Shown here one piece after another: positions 36,253 to 45,723 of a stretch of DNA of 64,000 bases (its first letter is position 1; every line of letters begins with the position of its first letter). The stretch is taken from positions 1 through 64,000 of IMG/VR virus record IMGVR_UViG_3300032116_000125, one strand, 5' to 3'. A program made the translations under genes and the position numbers. The notes under the pieces are model-generated. The model made no database searches and had not been told where the DNA came from. It was given only the letters and a program-made list of their open reading frames with translations. The DNA comes from a virus.

Positions 36253-37470
36253 TTGAGCAACAAGATTCAGGGGCCTTTTGCTCCGATGCCCATATGGGCA
36301 TTTGACCTGATCAGCAGGCGTGGGACGCCAACCCATACCCACATCTTGATGACCATCTTGCGGTTGACCCCACTCACGGGGCCCAAGCCCCTGACCGTCT
36401 CGGACATCGCCCAGTCCTCGGGCATGTCTCCGGAGACCGTCAAGCGCTCCCTTCGGTGGCTGGAATCAGCCGGGATCACCACCTCCACACGGCTCTCTGG
36501 TAACCGTGGGAAGCACATCGTGGTGCGGTTCCGTGCCCCCAAGAGGGGGGTCACCAGTGACCCCACCCTACCCCAAGGGGGGGTCACCCATGACCCATCA
36601 GGGGGGTCACCCATGACCCCACCCCGAGCCCCTGAGCAGGGCGAATTCCATAGTAGAGATAGTATTAGAGACGTAGTACAAAGGGAAATGTCTAAAGACA
36701 TTTCCCTTTGTGGGCTTCGCCCGTTTTACGAAGGAGATGAATCCATGCCTATTTTTGGCGCCGATCCCGATGACACTAGAGAATGGGACGAGACCCCCGC
36801 TTTGGAGAAGTTGTCGCACGACACGACCGATGTGCTCCAACACTTCAACTTCGTGGCGCGTCAGGTTGGGGCCACCCCCGTGGCTGTAAAGGACCGCCCC
36901 GCCTTCAGGATTCAGATCAAGCGCCTCCTGAAAAACGGAGTGACCCCCGCCGACCTCCAGCGCATGGTTGACAAGTTCTTCACTTTCTCCCGGAACGTAG
37001 AGTCCAGCACTCCGTGGAAGTACTTCTGCACCAACAGCGTCCAAGCGTCCCTCTTGGCAAGCACCACGGAGATCGTCGCCGTCAGCCCGATTCTCGGATG
37101 GGTTGCCGATGAGTTTGAGTACACCGATGTGCTTCCATGGGATGAGGAGATCAACTCCCGGATTCGGAAACTCATTTGGCGCCGAGCCATGGACTTGGCG
37201 TACACCTACCCCGAACTTCTCGCTGACATCGTGGTCATCCCCGCCTACGACGCCTCGGCGCAACCCGATGGCACAGAGCACCTTTCCATGCTCCTGTTGT
37301 GCGCGAGCACCTTGCTGAGTGAGCCCGGAGACGACTCAGCGGTGGAGTACTTGACCGCCCACGGCGTGAATGCCCCCACGGACCTTGCGGAGCGTGGTAC
37401 TCTCCGCAAACCCACCGCCTCGCTACGCCAAGCCGTAGCGCACTACCAGCAACTCAGGAGAACCCAGTGA
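36253..37470 (+). CDS. replication initiator (N-terminal HTH), possibly with a nested second product
   Basis: TVSDIAQSSGMSPETVKRSLRWLESAG wHTH; internal iterons; followed by DnaC-like loader. Confidence 0.7.
   Translation: MSNKIQGPFAPMPIWAFDLISRRGTPTHTHILMTILRLTPLTGPKPLTVSDIAQSSGMSPETVKRSLRWLESAGITTSTRLSGNRGKHIVVRFRAPKRGVTSDPTLPQGGVTHDPSGGSPMTPPRAPEQGEFHSRDSIRDVVQREMSKDISLCGLRPFYEGDESMPIFGADPDDTREWDETPALEKLSHDTTDVLQHFNFVARQVGATPVAVKDRPAFRIQIKRLLKNGVTPADLQRMVDKFFTFSRNVESSTPWKYFCTNSVQASLLASTTEIVAVSPILGWVADEFEYTDVLPWDEEINSRIRKLIWRRAMDLAYTYPELLADIVVIPAYDASAQPDGTEHLSMLLLCASTLLSEPGDDSAVEYLTAHGVNAPTDLAERGTLRKPTASLRQAVAHYQQLRRTQ
36545..36711. other. putative replication origin: three palindromic iterons + AT-rich segment + perfect inverted repeat
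   Basis: GGGGGGTCACC(AG/CA)TGACCC at 36545, 36578, 36601; ACAAAGGGAAATGTC-taaa-GACATTTCCCTTTGT at 36678-36711. Confidence 0.7.
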
Positions 37471-38063
37471 CCGTAGGAGCACCGCCCACCGAATGGAAGT
37501 CAGCGCGTTGGTGGCAGAACCGCTCCGTAGAAGAACGCTTGACATGGGCGCACCTGCCACCGCGATGGGCGAGCGCCGAATACGACACCGATCAAATTTC
37601 CAACGCGACAGCGAACAGCATTGACTCTTTCCTCACCGGCAAGAGCAACGGTCTGTTTCTCCATGGGCCGAGTGGTTCAGGCAAGACTCCCATCGCTGTC
37701 GGCCTTCTCAACAAGATCATCTGCGCCGACAAAGTGTCAGGGCGGTTCATCACTGCCGAGCGTTACGTTGAGATGCTCAAAGACCAGTTTGACAACGACA
37801 ACGAGTTGCCCGAGATGTACTCCATGCCTCACATCGTCAAGTACCTCAAAGGGGTGTTTGACATCGTGGTGCTGGACGCCGTGGGTCAGGAGCGTGCTAC
37901 CGAGTTCTCGTACCACGAGGTCGGAAGCCTGTTGCGCCGTCGCAACGAAGATTGCCGTATCACCATTGTCACCACACACCTTTCTCCCACTGAGTTCATT
38001 CGCCGGTATGGAGACCGCGTGGCGTCTGTTCTTGAAGACATGATCATCACCCGGGTGGCGTGA
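37467..38063 (+). CDS. dnaC: DnaC/IstB-like helicase loader (AAA+)
   Basis: GLFLHGPSGSGKT; VVLDAVGQE; TIVTTHL; YGDRVAS. Confidence 0.8.
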   Translation: MTVGAPPTEWKSARWWQNRSVEERLTWAHLPPRWASAEYDTDQISNATANSIDSFLTGKSNGLFLHGPSGSGKTPIAVGLLNKIICADKVSGRFITAERYVEMLKDQFDNDNELPEMYSMPHIVKYLKGVFDIVVLDAVGQERATEFSYHEVGSLLRRRNEDCRITIVTTHLSPTEFIRRYGDRVASVLEDMIITRVA

Positions 38064-38497
38064 TGGAAGGCAACGATCTCGCTGAATTCGCACCGCTACA
38101 GCAAGGCGTCATTTTTGAAGGCGTGCTTGCCAACCCGCCTGAGGGTTTGAAGTCGTGGCGCACACGCATCGCACAACGCACGGGTGATTGGAAGACTGTC
38201 ATCAACGCTATGACTCCAAGCGAGTTGCCTTTGAAGTCTCTCGCTGATTCGGTCAATCGCCGCGGTATTGGCACCATCGTGTACACGTTCATGCCTCCCG
38301 ATGCCATTGATGCAATTGAACGCTGGCTGATTCGCAAAGGCATCTCCACGCCGGTTGAGTCATACACCGACATTGAGGCGCTTGCCGATGATCTGCGCTA
38401 CAACAGAAGCGTTCGTGTTATCTATGTCCCGACGCAAGAAGAGCAGGCGGTACTTGGCATTCGTGCTACAGTGCTCGGCTCTGAAAGGGCATGGTAA
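38060..38497 (+). CDS. hypothetical protein (degenerate HAD-like)
   Basis: VIFEGVLA start; operonic. Confidence 0.55.
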   Translation: MMEGNDLAEFAPLQQGVIFEGVLANPPEGLKSWRTRIAQRTGDWKTVINAMTPSELPLKSLADSVNRRGIGTIVYTFMPPDAIDAIERWLIRKGISTPVESYTDIEALADDLRYNRSVRVIYVPTQEEQAVLGIRATVLGSERAW

Positions 38498-38499
38498 TC

Positions 38500-39753
38500 A
38501 TGGCGTCACCGGAACATCTGCTTGTCTCCAAAGTCATCCAGACTTCGGACATCGCTACGCCCATCAAGTCGGGCATCAAGCCTGAACACCTCACTGGCAC
38601 ATGGGCCGAGGTGTGGTCATGGATGTCCGAGTTTTACCGTGAGCACGGGGCCGTACCGACGCCTCGGGTGTTCAAGACGCAGTACGCCGATGTTCAGTTG
38701 TACGACGCTGAGGCAGAGACTTTTTCTCGTCTGATTGAGGAAATCTTTCAGGCCCACACACAGCACCGCCTCGTTGAAGTCATCTCGGAAGTCATGCCTC
38801 TCATCAACGAGGGCAAGACCAAAGATGCACTAGAGCACCTGTCGTCGGGCGTGCAGACCGCCTCGGTTGAGGTGTCCCGCATGCGGGACATTGACATCAT
38901 CCAAAACTGGGAGAACCGTGTTGCTCGCTACGAAGAGATGCGGAACACCCCCAATGCTCTTCGTGGTATCCCCACGGGATTCTACGGCCTTGACCGCATC
39001 ACATCCGGGTTGCGCCCCCAGCAGTACATCGTGTTTGTGGGTGAGCCCAAGCGTGGTAAATCGTTGTTCGCTCTCATCATCGCTAACTCCTGCCACATCC
39101 ACGGCAAAGTGCCGATGTTCGTCTCGTTTGAGATGAGCATTGAAGAGCAGGAGGCACGTTACGACGCCATCATCTCCAAGACCCCGTACAACAAGATTCT
39201 CCGGGGTGACTTGAACAAGAACGAGATGGACCGCATCGCCAAGGCGCTTCGGGCCCGGAAGAACATGCAACCCTTCATCTTCAGTGAGGACACCTCGTCG
39301 CTCACAACTATCTCAGCACTCATGGGCAAGGCCAAGGAATACCAACCCGATCTTCTCGTCGTTGACGGCGTGTATTTGATGGACGATGAGGAAGGTGAGC
39401 CCAAGGGTTCCCCGCAAGCGCTGACAAACATCACCCGTGGCCTTAAACGAATGGCCCAGAAGTTAGACATCCCCGTGGTGTCCACGACGCAGGCGCTGTC
39501 GTGGAAGTTAAACAACAAGAAGACTCGCGCCATCACTGCTGACGCCATTGGTTACTCATCGTCTTTCGTGCAGGACGCAGACCTAGTGCTCGGCGTTGAG
39601 CGCAACCCTGACTTGGACGACCAAGCAATTATTCGTGTCGTAGCGGCCCGCACAGCCCCAACTGGCGAAGTACACATCAAGTGGGACTGGGACCACATGG
39701 ACTTCTCGGAGGTGACTGCTGATGGCTACGGTGTCGGAGACGCATTTGACTGA
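38500..39753 (+). CDS. dnaB: replicative DNA helicase DnaB-like
   Basis: GIPTGF, GEPKRGKS, FEMS, LVVDGVYLM, QDAD. Confidence 0.9.
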   Translation: MASPEHLLVSKVIQTSDIATPIKSGIKPEHLTGTWAEVWSWMSEFYREHGAVPTPRVFKTQYADVQLYDAEAETFSRLIEEIFQAHTQHRLVEVISEVMPLINEGKTKDALEHLSSGVQTASVEVSRMRDIDIIQNWENRVARYEEMRNTPNALRGIPTGFYGLDRITSGLRPQQYIVFVGEPKRGKSLFALIIANSCHIHGKVPMFVSFEMSIEEQEARYDAIISKTPYNKILRGDLNKNEMDRIAKALRARKNMQPFIFSEDTSSLTTISALMGKAKEYQPDLLVVDGVYLMDDEEGEPKGSPQALTNITRGLKRMAQKLDIPVVSTTQALSWKLNNKKTRAITADAIGYSSSFVQDADLVLGVERNPDLDDQAIIRVVAARTAPTGEVHIKWDWDHMDFSEVTADGYGVGDAFD

Positions 39754-40645
39754 CCTCGCCTCGGTGCTCAAGAGCATCGGCGTAGATGTTCGCCGTGCAG
39801 ATGGTCGTGAGATTTCCGGTAGGTGTCCGGTGCACCGCCGTGTCACGGGGCGTGAGGACGGCTCACCGTCATGGAGCATGAACGCCCAAACCGGTTTGTG
39901 GATTTGCTTCTCGTGCGGGGCCCGAGGCACCCTAAGCATGCTGGTGTCGGAACTAACTGGTGAACCCGACGCCATCATGGCGGTCCATCACTTCTTGATT
40001 GACCGCAACTTGGAGCGCCTTACCACCGGCGTAGAGGTCACCGAGAAGAAGCCAGAGATCGACTGGGTGTCTTTCTCCAAGTTTGTGCTCCCTCCTGAGT
40101 CTGCCTTATCTAAGCGGGGGCTTGATCCTGATCAAGTACTGATGCACGGTGTCCGTTGGGACAACATGAACAAGGCGTGGGTGATCCCCATTGTTAATCA
40201 CTTTGGCGACCTACAGGGCTGGCAGACCAAGGCGCCCGGGTGGGTACGCAACTTCCCAGTGGGTGTCAAAAAGTCGGACAGCCTGTTTGGGATTGAGCGC
40301 TTCATGGGTGGTACCGCAGTACTCGTGGAGTCCCCGTTGGATGTCGTGCGCTTCGCCAGCGTATTTGAGAAGCCTCAGGCGTTGGCCACCTTTGGTGCCG
40401 CCGTCTCGGACAAGCAACTTGCCCTGCTCTCTACAGTGGCTGACCGTGTCGTCATCGCCATGGATAACGACGAAGCAGGCATCCGCTCCAGCAAATCACT
40501 CTTCAACAGGTTGCCCCATTTTCGCCGTGGAACGCTATGGTGGAACTACTCCGGTACCTCTGCCAAAGACATCGGTGACATGACCACCTCAGAGATGGCC
40601 CATGGGCTAGCCTCGGCGTCTCGTGTACTTCCGTGGACCATCTAA
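39722..40645 (+). CDS. dnaG: DNA primase (Zn finger + TOPRIM)
   Basis: CPVH...CFSC; LVESPLD; MDNDEAG; KDIGD. Confidence 0.85.
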   Translation: MATVSETHLTDLASVLKSIGVDVRRADGREISGRCPVHRRVTGREDGSPSWSMNAQTGLWICFSCGARGTLSMLVSELTGEPDAIMAVHHFLIDRNLERLTTGVEVTEKKPEIDWVSFSKFVLPPESALSKRGLDPDQVLMHGVRWDNMNKAWVIPIVNHFGDLQGWQTKAPGWVRNFPVGVKKSDSLFGIERFMGGTAVLVESPLDVVRFASVFEKPQALATFGAAVSDKQLALLSTVADRVVIAMDNDEAGIRSSKSLFNRLPHFRRGTLWWNYSGTSAKDIGDMTTSEMAHGLASASRVLPWTI

Positions 40646-40663
40646 CTACCAAAGGAGAAACCA

Positions 40664-41098
40664 ATGCCCAAGATCATCAGGCAAAGCCCCGAGCCCACAG
40701 ACAGTGCGTATCTGTCTCGTCTCGTAGATGAATACATCAAGGCCAAGGAGTTCAGTGATGCCGCCGTTAAGCGCACTGAAGAGATGAAGAAAGAACTGTC
40801 CAACATTGTGGACATTGACGGGTACACCGACCACGTTGGCCACAAGTGGATTGAGGTTGGCTCCGGTGTGCAACTCAAGCGTGAGCGCCGGGTCTCCGTC
40901 AATTTGGACCAGTCCGAGGCCCAAGACTGGGCGATTAAGAATGACTTGTGGGATGAAATTTCAATTCCGATCCGTGTGCTTGACGAAGATGCCCTTGCCA
41001 CTGTGGCGGTTGAGCGCCCCGAGTTGCAGGGTGAGATTCAAAGTTTGTACAAAGAGAAGGAAACTTGGGCTTTTAAAGTCGTAGAGCCCAAAAAATAA
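40664..41098 (+). CDS. hypothetical protein
   Basis: AAGGAG RBS; helical N-terminus. Confidence 0.65.
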   Translation: MPKIIRQSPEPTDSAYLSRLVDEYIKAKEFSDAAVKRTEEMKKELSNIVDIDGYTDHVGHKWIEVGSGVQLKRERRVSVNLDQSEAQDWAIKNDLWDEISIPIRVLDEDALATVAVERPELQGEIQSLYKEKETWAFKVVEPKK

Positions 41099-41137
41099 TA
41101 ACTGCTATCCTTATGGGGAATAAGGAGGTAGTAAGCC

Positions 41138-41317
41138 ATGACTAAGAACGAAGACCGCACACCTCCGGGGAGATGGGAATGTCCGAAATGTGGAACTCTA
41201 GTGGAGACGATGGTTCCGACGATTGGTCCTCCGACCTGTTCCCGCCACACTGGTGGCGCAGTTCGGATGGGCATAACAACCAAGCCTTTTCCGAAGGCAA
41301 AGGAGTCCCTGAGTTAG
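41138..41317 (+). CDS. small Zn-ribbon protein (not in ORF track)
   Basis: TAAGGAGGT RBS; 59 aa with WECPKCG...CSRH. Confidence 0.65.
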   Translation: MTKNEDRTPPGRWECPKCGTLVETMVPTIGPPTCSRHTGGAVRMGITTKPFPKAKESLS

Positions 41318-41494
41318 TCCTCACAATTGACACTATTGTCAATTTGTTGCGCGTGGTCAGCGTCTGTCCACCGCGTAACCTTGCTTCGGCATTGCTTTCA
41401 GGGGATAACGCCGTTACTCTGGAGGAAAGAGCCCGGCTTACCACTTGGTGCGAGAATCTTTGCGATTATCTTTCAAATAACTAAAGTAACTACG

Positions 41495-41923
41495 ATGGCC
41501 CCTGACCCTCTTGATCTACTAGGTGACCTACCTGATTGGCCCGGCTCTCGCCCGCCCAAGAATCGCTCCAAGAGCCCCTCCGTAGCCCTTGACACAACCA
41601 ACGGTGCTCGGTCTAAGATGTACCGAATCAACGGTGCAGACATTGAGATGTTCACCATCGGTGAAGCCGCCCGAGCACTCGGACGGACTGCCAGCACATT
41701 ACGAATGTGGGAGAACCAAGGGTGGATACCCCGAGCAACATACAGATCGCCAGCGCCACGGAAGAGTCAACTTCCGGGGAAAGTCCCCAAGGGGAGGCGC
41801 CTCTACAGCAGGGCACAGGTAGACTTTCTGAAAGACTGTATCGTGCGCTTCAACTTGGACGACAAAAACTCCAAGCACTGGGAACAGTTCAAGACCTACG
41901 CCATAACCCATTGGCCAAAATAG
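41495..41923 (+). CDS. MerR-like HTH DNA-binding protein
   Basis: FTIGEAARALGRTASTLRMWENQGWIP...RRLYS. Confidence 0.8.
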   Translation: MAPDPLDLLGDLPDWPGSRPPKNRSKSPSVALDTTNGARSKMYRINGADIEMFTIGEAARALGRTASTLRMWENQGWIPRATYRSPAPRKSQLPGKVPKGRRLYSRAQVDFLKDCIVRFNLDDKNSKHWEQFKTYAITHWPK

Positions 41924-41993
41924 ACTCCGAGCACCCCGGTGCTCACGAGTAACACACAAACACAAACACAACACACACGAGAAAGACAGAAAC

Positions 41994-42725
41994 ATGCCCA
42001 GATACGACGATGACGACGACTTTGAGAAAGACGAGCAGGAGTATGAAGCCCCTCGCCGTCTGCGGGTCATTGAAGATGATGAAGATGACGCCCCCGTCCG
42101 TAAGGCCAGCGCACCCAGCAAGGCCGAGCCTGCCCCCCGCCGAGTGATTCGTGGCGGTTGGGAAGGCGTGAAGCAGTTGAAGTCCGATGTCTCGGACTCC
42201 TCCTATGCTCAGCGTCTCAAGGTTTCGGAAGAGCCGATCATCGTGAAGTTCCTTGAAGCGGCCCCGTATGCGGCCTACCGCCAGCACTGGGTGGAGCGCA
42301 CCGGTCAGAAGTCGTTCACCTGCATCGGCAACATTGACCCCAACGGTTGCCCGTTGTGCGACTCGGGTAACCGCCCCAGCAACAAGTTTGCGTTTAACGT
42401 GGTCTTGTTGGCCCCGGGCGAGGAGCCGGTGCTCCGCTCGTACGAGGTTGGTTCCCGCGCCATTGACCAGTTGAAGAACTTCAATGACGACCCCCGTCAG
42501 GGACCGCTCCCGAAGCACTACTGGGCGATCAGTCGCTCGGGCAAGGGTGCCACGACCGCAACCAACCATCAGTTGGTCAAGGCCCGTGACCTTGAGGAGG
42601 AGTGGGGAGTCACGGAACTCTCGGAGAGTGACCTCAACCACTTCCTGAAGTCGGCTTACACCGATGAGATTGTCCCGATTCCCACTCGGTCGTCGCTCCT
42701 TGCCATCTGCGCTGAAGACGAGTGA
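41994..42725 (+). CDS. single-stranded DNA-binding protein (gp32-like)
   Basis: acidic N-terminus; IVKFL, QHWV, C...CPLC Zn site; located before polymerase. Confidence 0.7.
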   Translation: MPRYDDDDDFEKDEQEYEAPRRLRVIEDDEDDAPVRKASAPSKAEPAPRRVIRGGWEGVKQLKSDVSDSSYAQRLKVSEEPIIVKFLEAAPYAAYRQHWVERTGQKSFTCIGNIDPNGCPLCDSGNRPSNKFAFNVVLLAPGEEPVLRSYEVGSRAIDQLKNFNDDPRQGPLPKHYWAISRSGKGATTATNHQLVKARDLEEEWGVTELSESDLNHFLKSAYTDEIVPIPTRSSLLAICAEDE

Positions 42726-42772
42726 CCGTGTCGGGGTCAACACCCGAACAAGACCCGAGAGGGAGGGGCTTT

Positions 42773-44836
42773 ATGGCCCCTCCCTCAGTGGTTTCTACGG
42801 TAGAAGAACTGCACCAAATCGTTAAAGTCATCCAAGAAATCGGGGCATTTGCCTTTGATGTGGAGACACGGGGAGTCGTTGAGCGCCATAACGACGCCAT
42901 GGAGGCATTCAACACGGAGTTGAAGTCTCACCTGTCCAACATGGTCTCTAAGTCGCCGTCCGTGCGGGAGGCCACTCGTGAGCGCCTGATGCAGAAGTGG
43001 CGGGAGACTCTCGCTCTTGACCCCCTGCGTAACGAGGTCTTTTGGATTGGCATCGCCACAGACGGACATTCTTGGGCTATTCCCATGGGCCATTCCCATG
43101 GCGAGATGCTCACGCCCGAGGAGGTGGGGGACGGCTCCACCACGCCACCGCCCGGGTATCGCAAACTTCTTAAAGACGGAACTGAGTCGGAGGCCAAGGC
43201 GCGTTATCGCATACCCGCAACCTTCCTGCCACCCCCTCCGCAGTTACAAAGGTCTGAGGTATTCACAACCTTAGAGTGCCTTTTCTGTGATCCGAACATC
43301 GTCAAGGTGGGTCACAACGTCAAGTTTGACTCCCGTTCTATCCGTAAGTACTTAGCGCAGGACCTCCCAATGGAGGGCTTCATGGACACGATGGTCATGC
43401 AACATATCGTGAACGAGAACCTCCGTGGGTACGGTTTGACTGACCTAATCGCCCATAACTACGCCGGTCACAATGCCTACTACCGTGACGGCAAACTCGG
43501 CAAGATTATTGACCATGTGCCTTTCTCCAAGGCCGCTCGGTATGTACACCTTGACGTTCGTTGGACATGGTCGCTGTACCGCCGTCTGTGGGTGAAGATC
43601 AAAAACCGCCAAGGGTTACGCAACGCTCTAGAGCAAGACATGCTGGTTCTCCGGGTCCTGATGGACATGGAAGACGAAGGCATCCCGGTTACCAAGAGCG
43701 CCATGGTGGTACTCGGGCGTGAGTTGGACAACAAGATGCGGGACCTGCTCCTCCAGATGAGCAAGTACACCCCTCCGGGGTTTAACCCCGACAGCAATAA
43801 GAGTAAGCAAGAGTTTCTCTTTAAGAAAAAGTCTGCGGGCGGGCTTGGGTTGAAGTCCCACAAAAAGACCAACAAGGGCGCTGATTCAGTTGATGAGGAG
43901 GCCCTGCGCTACTTGGAAAATGCCCACCCGCTGATTCCCATGCTCTTGGAGTGGCAGGAGTTAAAGAAGGTCAAGTCAACGTACGTTGATGGGCTTCTTT
44001 TGAAACTGGTGAATAACAGTCTCCACCCGTCATTCCATTTGCACAGGACCGCCACGGGGCGCTTGTCCTCCAGTAGCCCCAACCTTCAGAACATCCCCCG
44101 TGACTCCACCATCCGGAGCCTTTTTGTCGCGCCCCCCAAGCACACACTCTTGGTGGCTGACTATGATCAGATTGAACTCCGTGTCATGTGCATGTTCTCC
44201 AAAGATAAGAACATGAGTAAGTTCTTCCTTCAGGAGCAGGACATTCACGCTGGAGCGGCGGCGCTGGTGCTCGGTAAGAAGCCTGACGAAGTAACCGCTG
44301 AGGAACGCCAGTTAGGCAAGGGTGTTAACTTCTTGACCGCCTATGGTGGTGGTGCTCAGAAACTTGCAAGAACAACTGGTATTACTGAGCAACGTGCCAG
44401 AGAAGTCATTAATAACTACTACAAACAATTTAGCGGTATTTCTGCGTGGAAAGCCACCGAGATAATAAAGGCACGACAGCGTGGGTATGTGACCACGCTA
44501 TCCGGTAGGCGACGCCGACTCCCTGAGTTGAGCAGTACAGACGAGTCACTGCGGGCGCGAGCCGAGCGCCAAGCGATTAACGCTATTGTCCAAGGTTCAG
44601 CGGCTGACATCTGTAAGATTGCTATGATTGATGTTCATGAAGCGCTAAAACCTTTTAACGCTAAAATCCTAGTTCAGGTCCACGACGAGTTAGTAGTCGC
44701 GGTTCCTGATCACTGCGTGGATGAAGCACAACAAGTAATGGTGGACGCCATGGGTCACGGGCGGGTCATTGAAGGAATACCACTCAAAGTGTCCTGCCAC
44801 TCAGCAAACTCATGGTCGGAGGCCAAAGGCAAATGA
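42773..44836 (+). CDS. polA: family A DNA polymerase (3'-5' exonuclease + polymerase)
   Basis: FDVET, GHNVKFD, TATGRLSS..PNLQNIP, ADYDQIELR, KGVNF..YG, QGSAAD, QVHDE; exact start uncertain (42722/42773/42788). Confidence 0.95.
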   Translation: MAPPSVVSTVEELHQIVKVIQEIGAFAFDVETRGVVERHNDAMEAFNTELKSHLSNMVSKSPSVREATRERLMQKWRETLALDPLRNEVFWIGIATDGHSWAIPMGHSHGEMLTPEEVGDGSTTPPPGYRKLLKDGTESEAKARYRIPATFLPPPPQLQRSEVFTTLECLFCDPNIVKVGHNVKFDSRSIRKYLAQDLPMEGFMDTMVMQHIVNENLRGYGLTDLIAHNYAGHNAYYRDGKLGKIIDHVPFSKAARYVHLDVRWTWSLYRRLWVKIKNRQGLRNALEQDMLVLRVLMDMEDEGIPVTKSAMVVLGRELDNKMRDLLLQMSKYTPPGFNPDSNKSKQEFLFKKKSAGGLGLKSHKKTNKGADSVDEEALRYLENAHPLIPMLLEWQELKKVKSTYVDGLLLKLVNNSLHPSFHLHRTATGRLSSSSPNLQNIPRDSTIRSLFVAPPKHTLLVADYDQIELRVMCMFSKDKNMSKFFLQEQDIHAGAAALVLGKKPDEVTAEERQLGKGVNFLTAYGGGAQKLARTTGITEQRAREVINNYYKQFSGISAWKATEIIKARQRGYVTTLSGRRRRLPELSSTDESLRARAERQAINAIVQGSAADICKIAMIDVHEALKPFNAKILVQVHDELVVAVPDHCVDEAQQVMVDAMGHGRVIEGIPLKVSCHSANSWSEAKGK

Positions 44837-45339
44837 ATGACGACGACGATCTCTCCCCGCTCAACCAGCGCACATTCCTACTTACCCTATCCCCGGCTGA
44901 CGGTCAGAGCATCGCAGAACTTGCAGGCTTCTCACCCCCCTCAGAAGAGGTCATGGAGCAGGAAACTGGCGATGTCCTCGGTAAGTGGATTCGCCTCCAA
45001 CGCACCGGTATTCTAGAGGACATAGAGGAGTCTGCTAGGTGGTTGTCATCAATCATAAAGTCGCAGAATAAACTTGAAGATGACGAAACTGACGTTTCGG
45101 TCGCCCTCTTTACGTCGTTTGGCGTCTCCCTTCTCGCCATGCTTATAGACAGCGACAAGATAGAAGTAAACAAGGACATAGAGTTTGAGGAAGAACTGCC
45201 GCTGTTCATTCAGCAGGGACCTTTGTCCCGGCTCATCCACATCATCAACCTTCTTTCAGTCCCCGGCGCCATGGCAGAGTGGGATATAGAGTTCATGGAA
45301 GACGACGATGATGACTGGGAGGATTACGACGATGAATGA
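44833..45339 (+). CDS. acidic hypothetical protein
   Basis: ATGA coupling to polA. Confidence 0.6.
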   Translation: MNDDDDLSPLNQRTFLLTLSPADGQSIAELAGFSPPSEEVMEQETGDVLGKWIRLQRTGILEDIEESARWLSSIIKSQNKLEDDETDVSVALFTSFGVSLLAMLIDSDKIEVNKDIEFEEELPLFIQQGPLSRLIHIINLLSVPGAMAEWDIEFMEDDDDDWEDYDDE

Positions 45340-45703
45340 CTGGTGGTCAAGGAAACTGAGCAATCAGCCTTCCCCTCCACGGACACCGCCGTCCACAATG
45401 CCGTCCCGCCCCGGGGCAATCCAGTTTCCTGCCGTAGCCCAGCCTGTTCATCAGGTAACCCCACAGGAGGCCCCGCACATAACCCCGGACGGTGAAATCC
45501 GTATGGGAGATGCCATCCGTTCATGGAAAGGTGGGGAGGCGGCTCGCAAAGAGACGCAGAGTTGCCCGGAGTGCGGAGGCAATTTCGTGTTCAGTCGCGC
45601 TAAAGGCACCACGGTAAACGGTTACCCACCCGCACCTCGTTGCTATTCGTGCGGTTGGAACGGTAAATACATGCAAGCAGACCAAGCCTCTTGGGCTGTC
45701 TGA
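45332..45703 (+). CDS. Zn-ribbon hypothetical protein
   Basis: CPECG...CYSCG. Confidence 0.65.
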   Translation: MNDWWSRKLSNQPSPPRTPPSTMPSRPGAIQFPAVAQPVHQVTPQEAPHITPDGEIRMGDAIRSWKGGEAARKETQSCPECGGNFVFSRAKGTTVNGYPPAPRCYSCGWNGKYMQADQASWAV

Positions 45704-45723
45704 CACACAATAAGGAGCACAAC

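Noticed and set aside
35609-36301. 230-aa version of Dps with long N-terminal extension
   Set aside because: The extension crosses the divergent promoter region; a strong RBS sits before ATG 36052 giving a normal 147-aa Dps
41173-41484. 103-aa ORF from the track
   Set aside because: Overlaps the better-supported 41138-41317 ORF with a strong RBS; a shorter 3' product cannot be excluded
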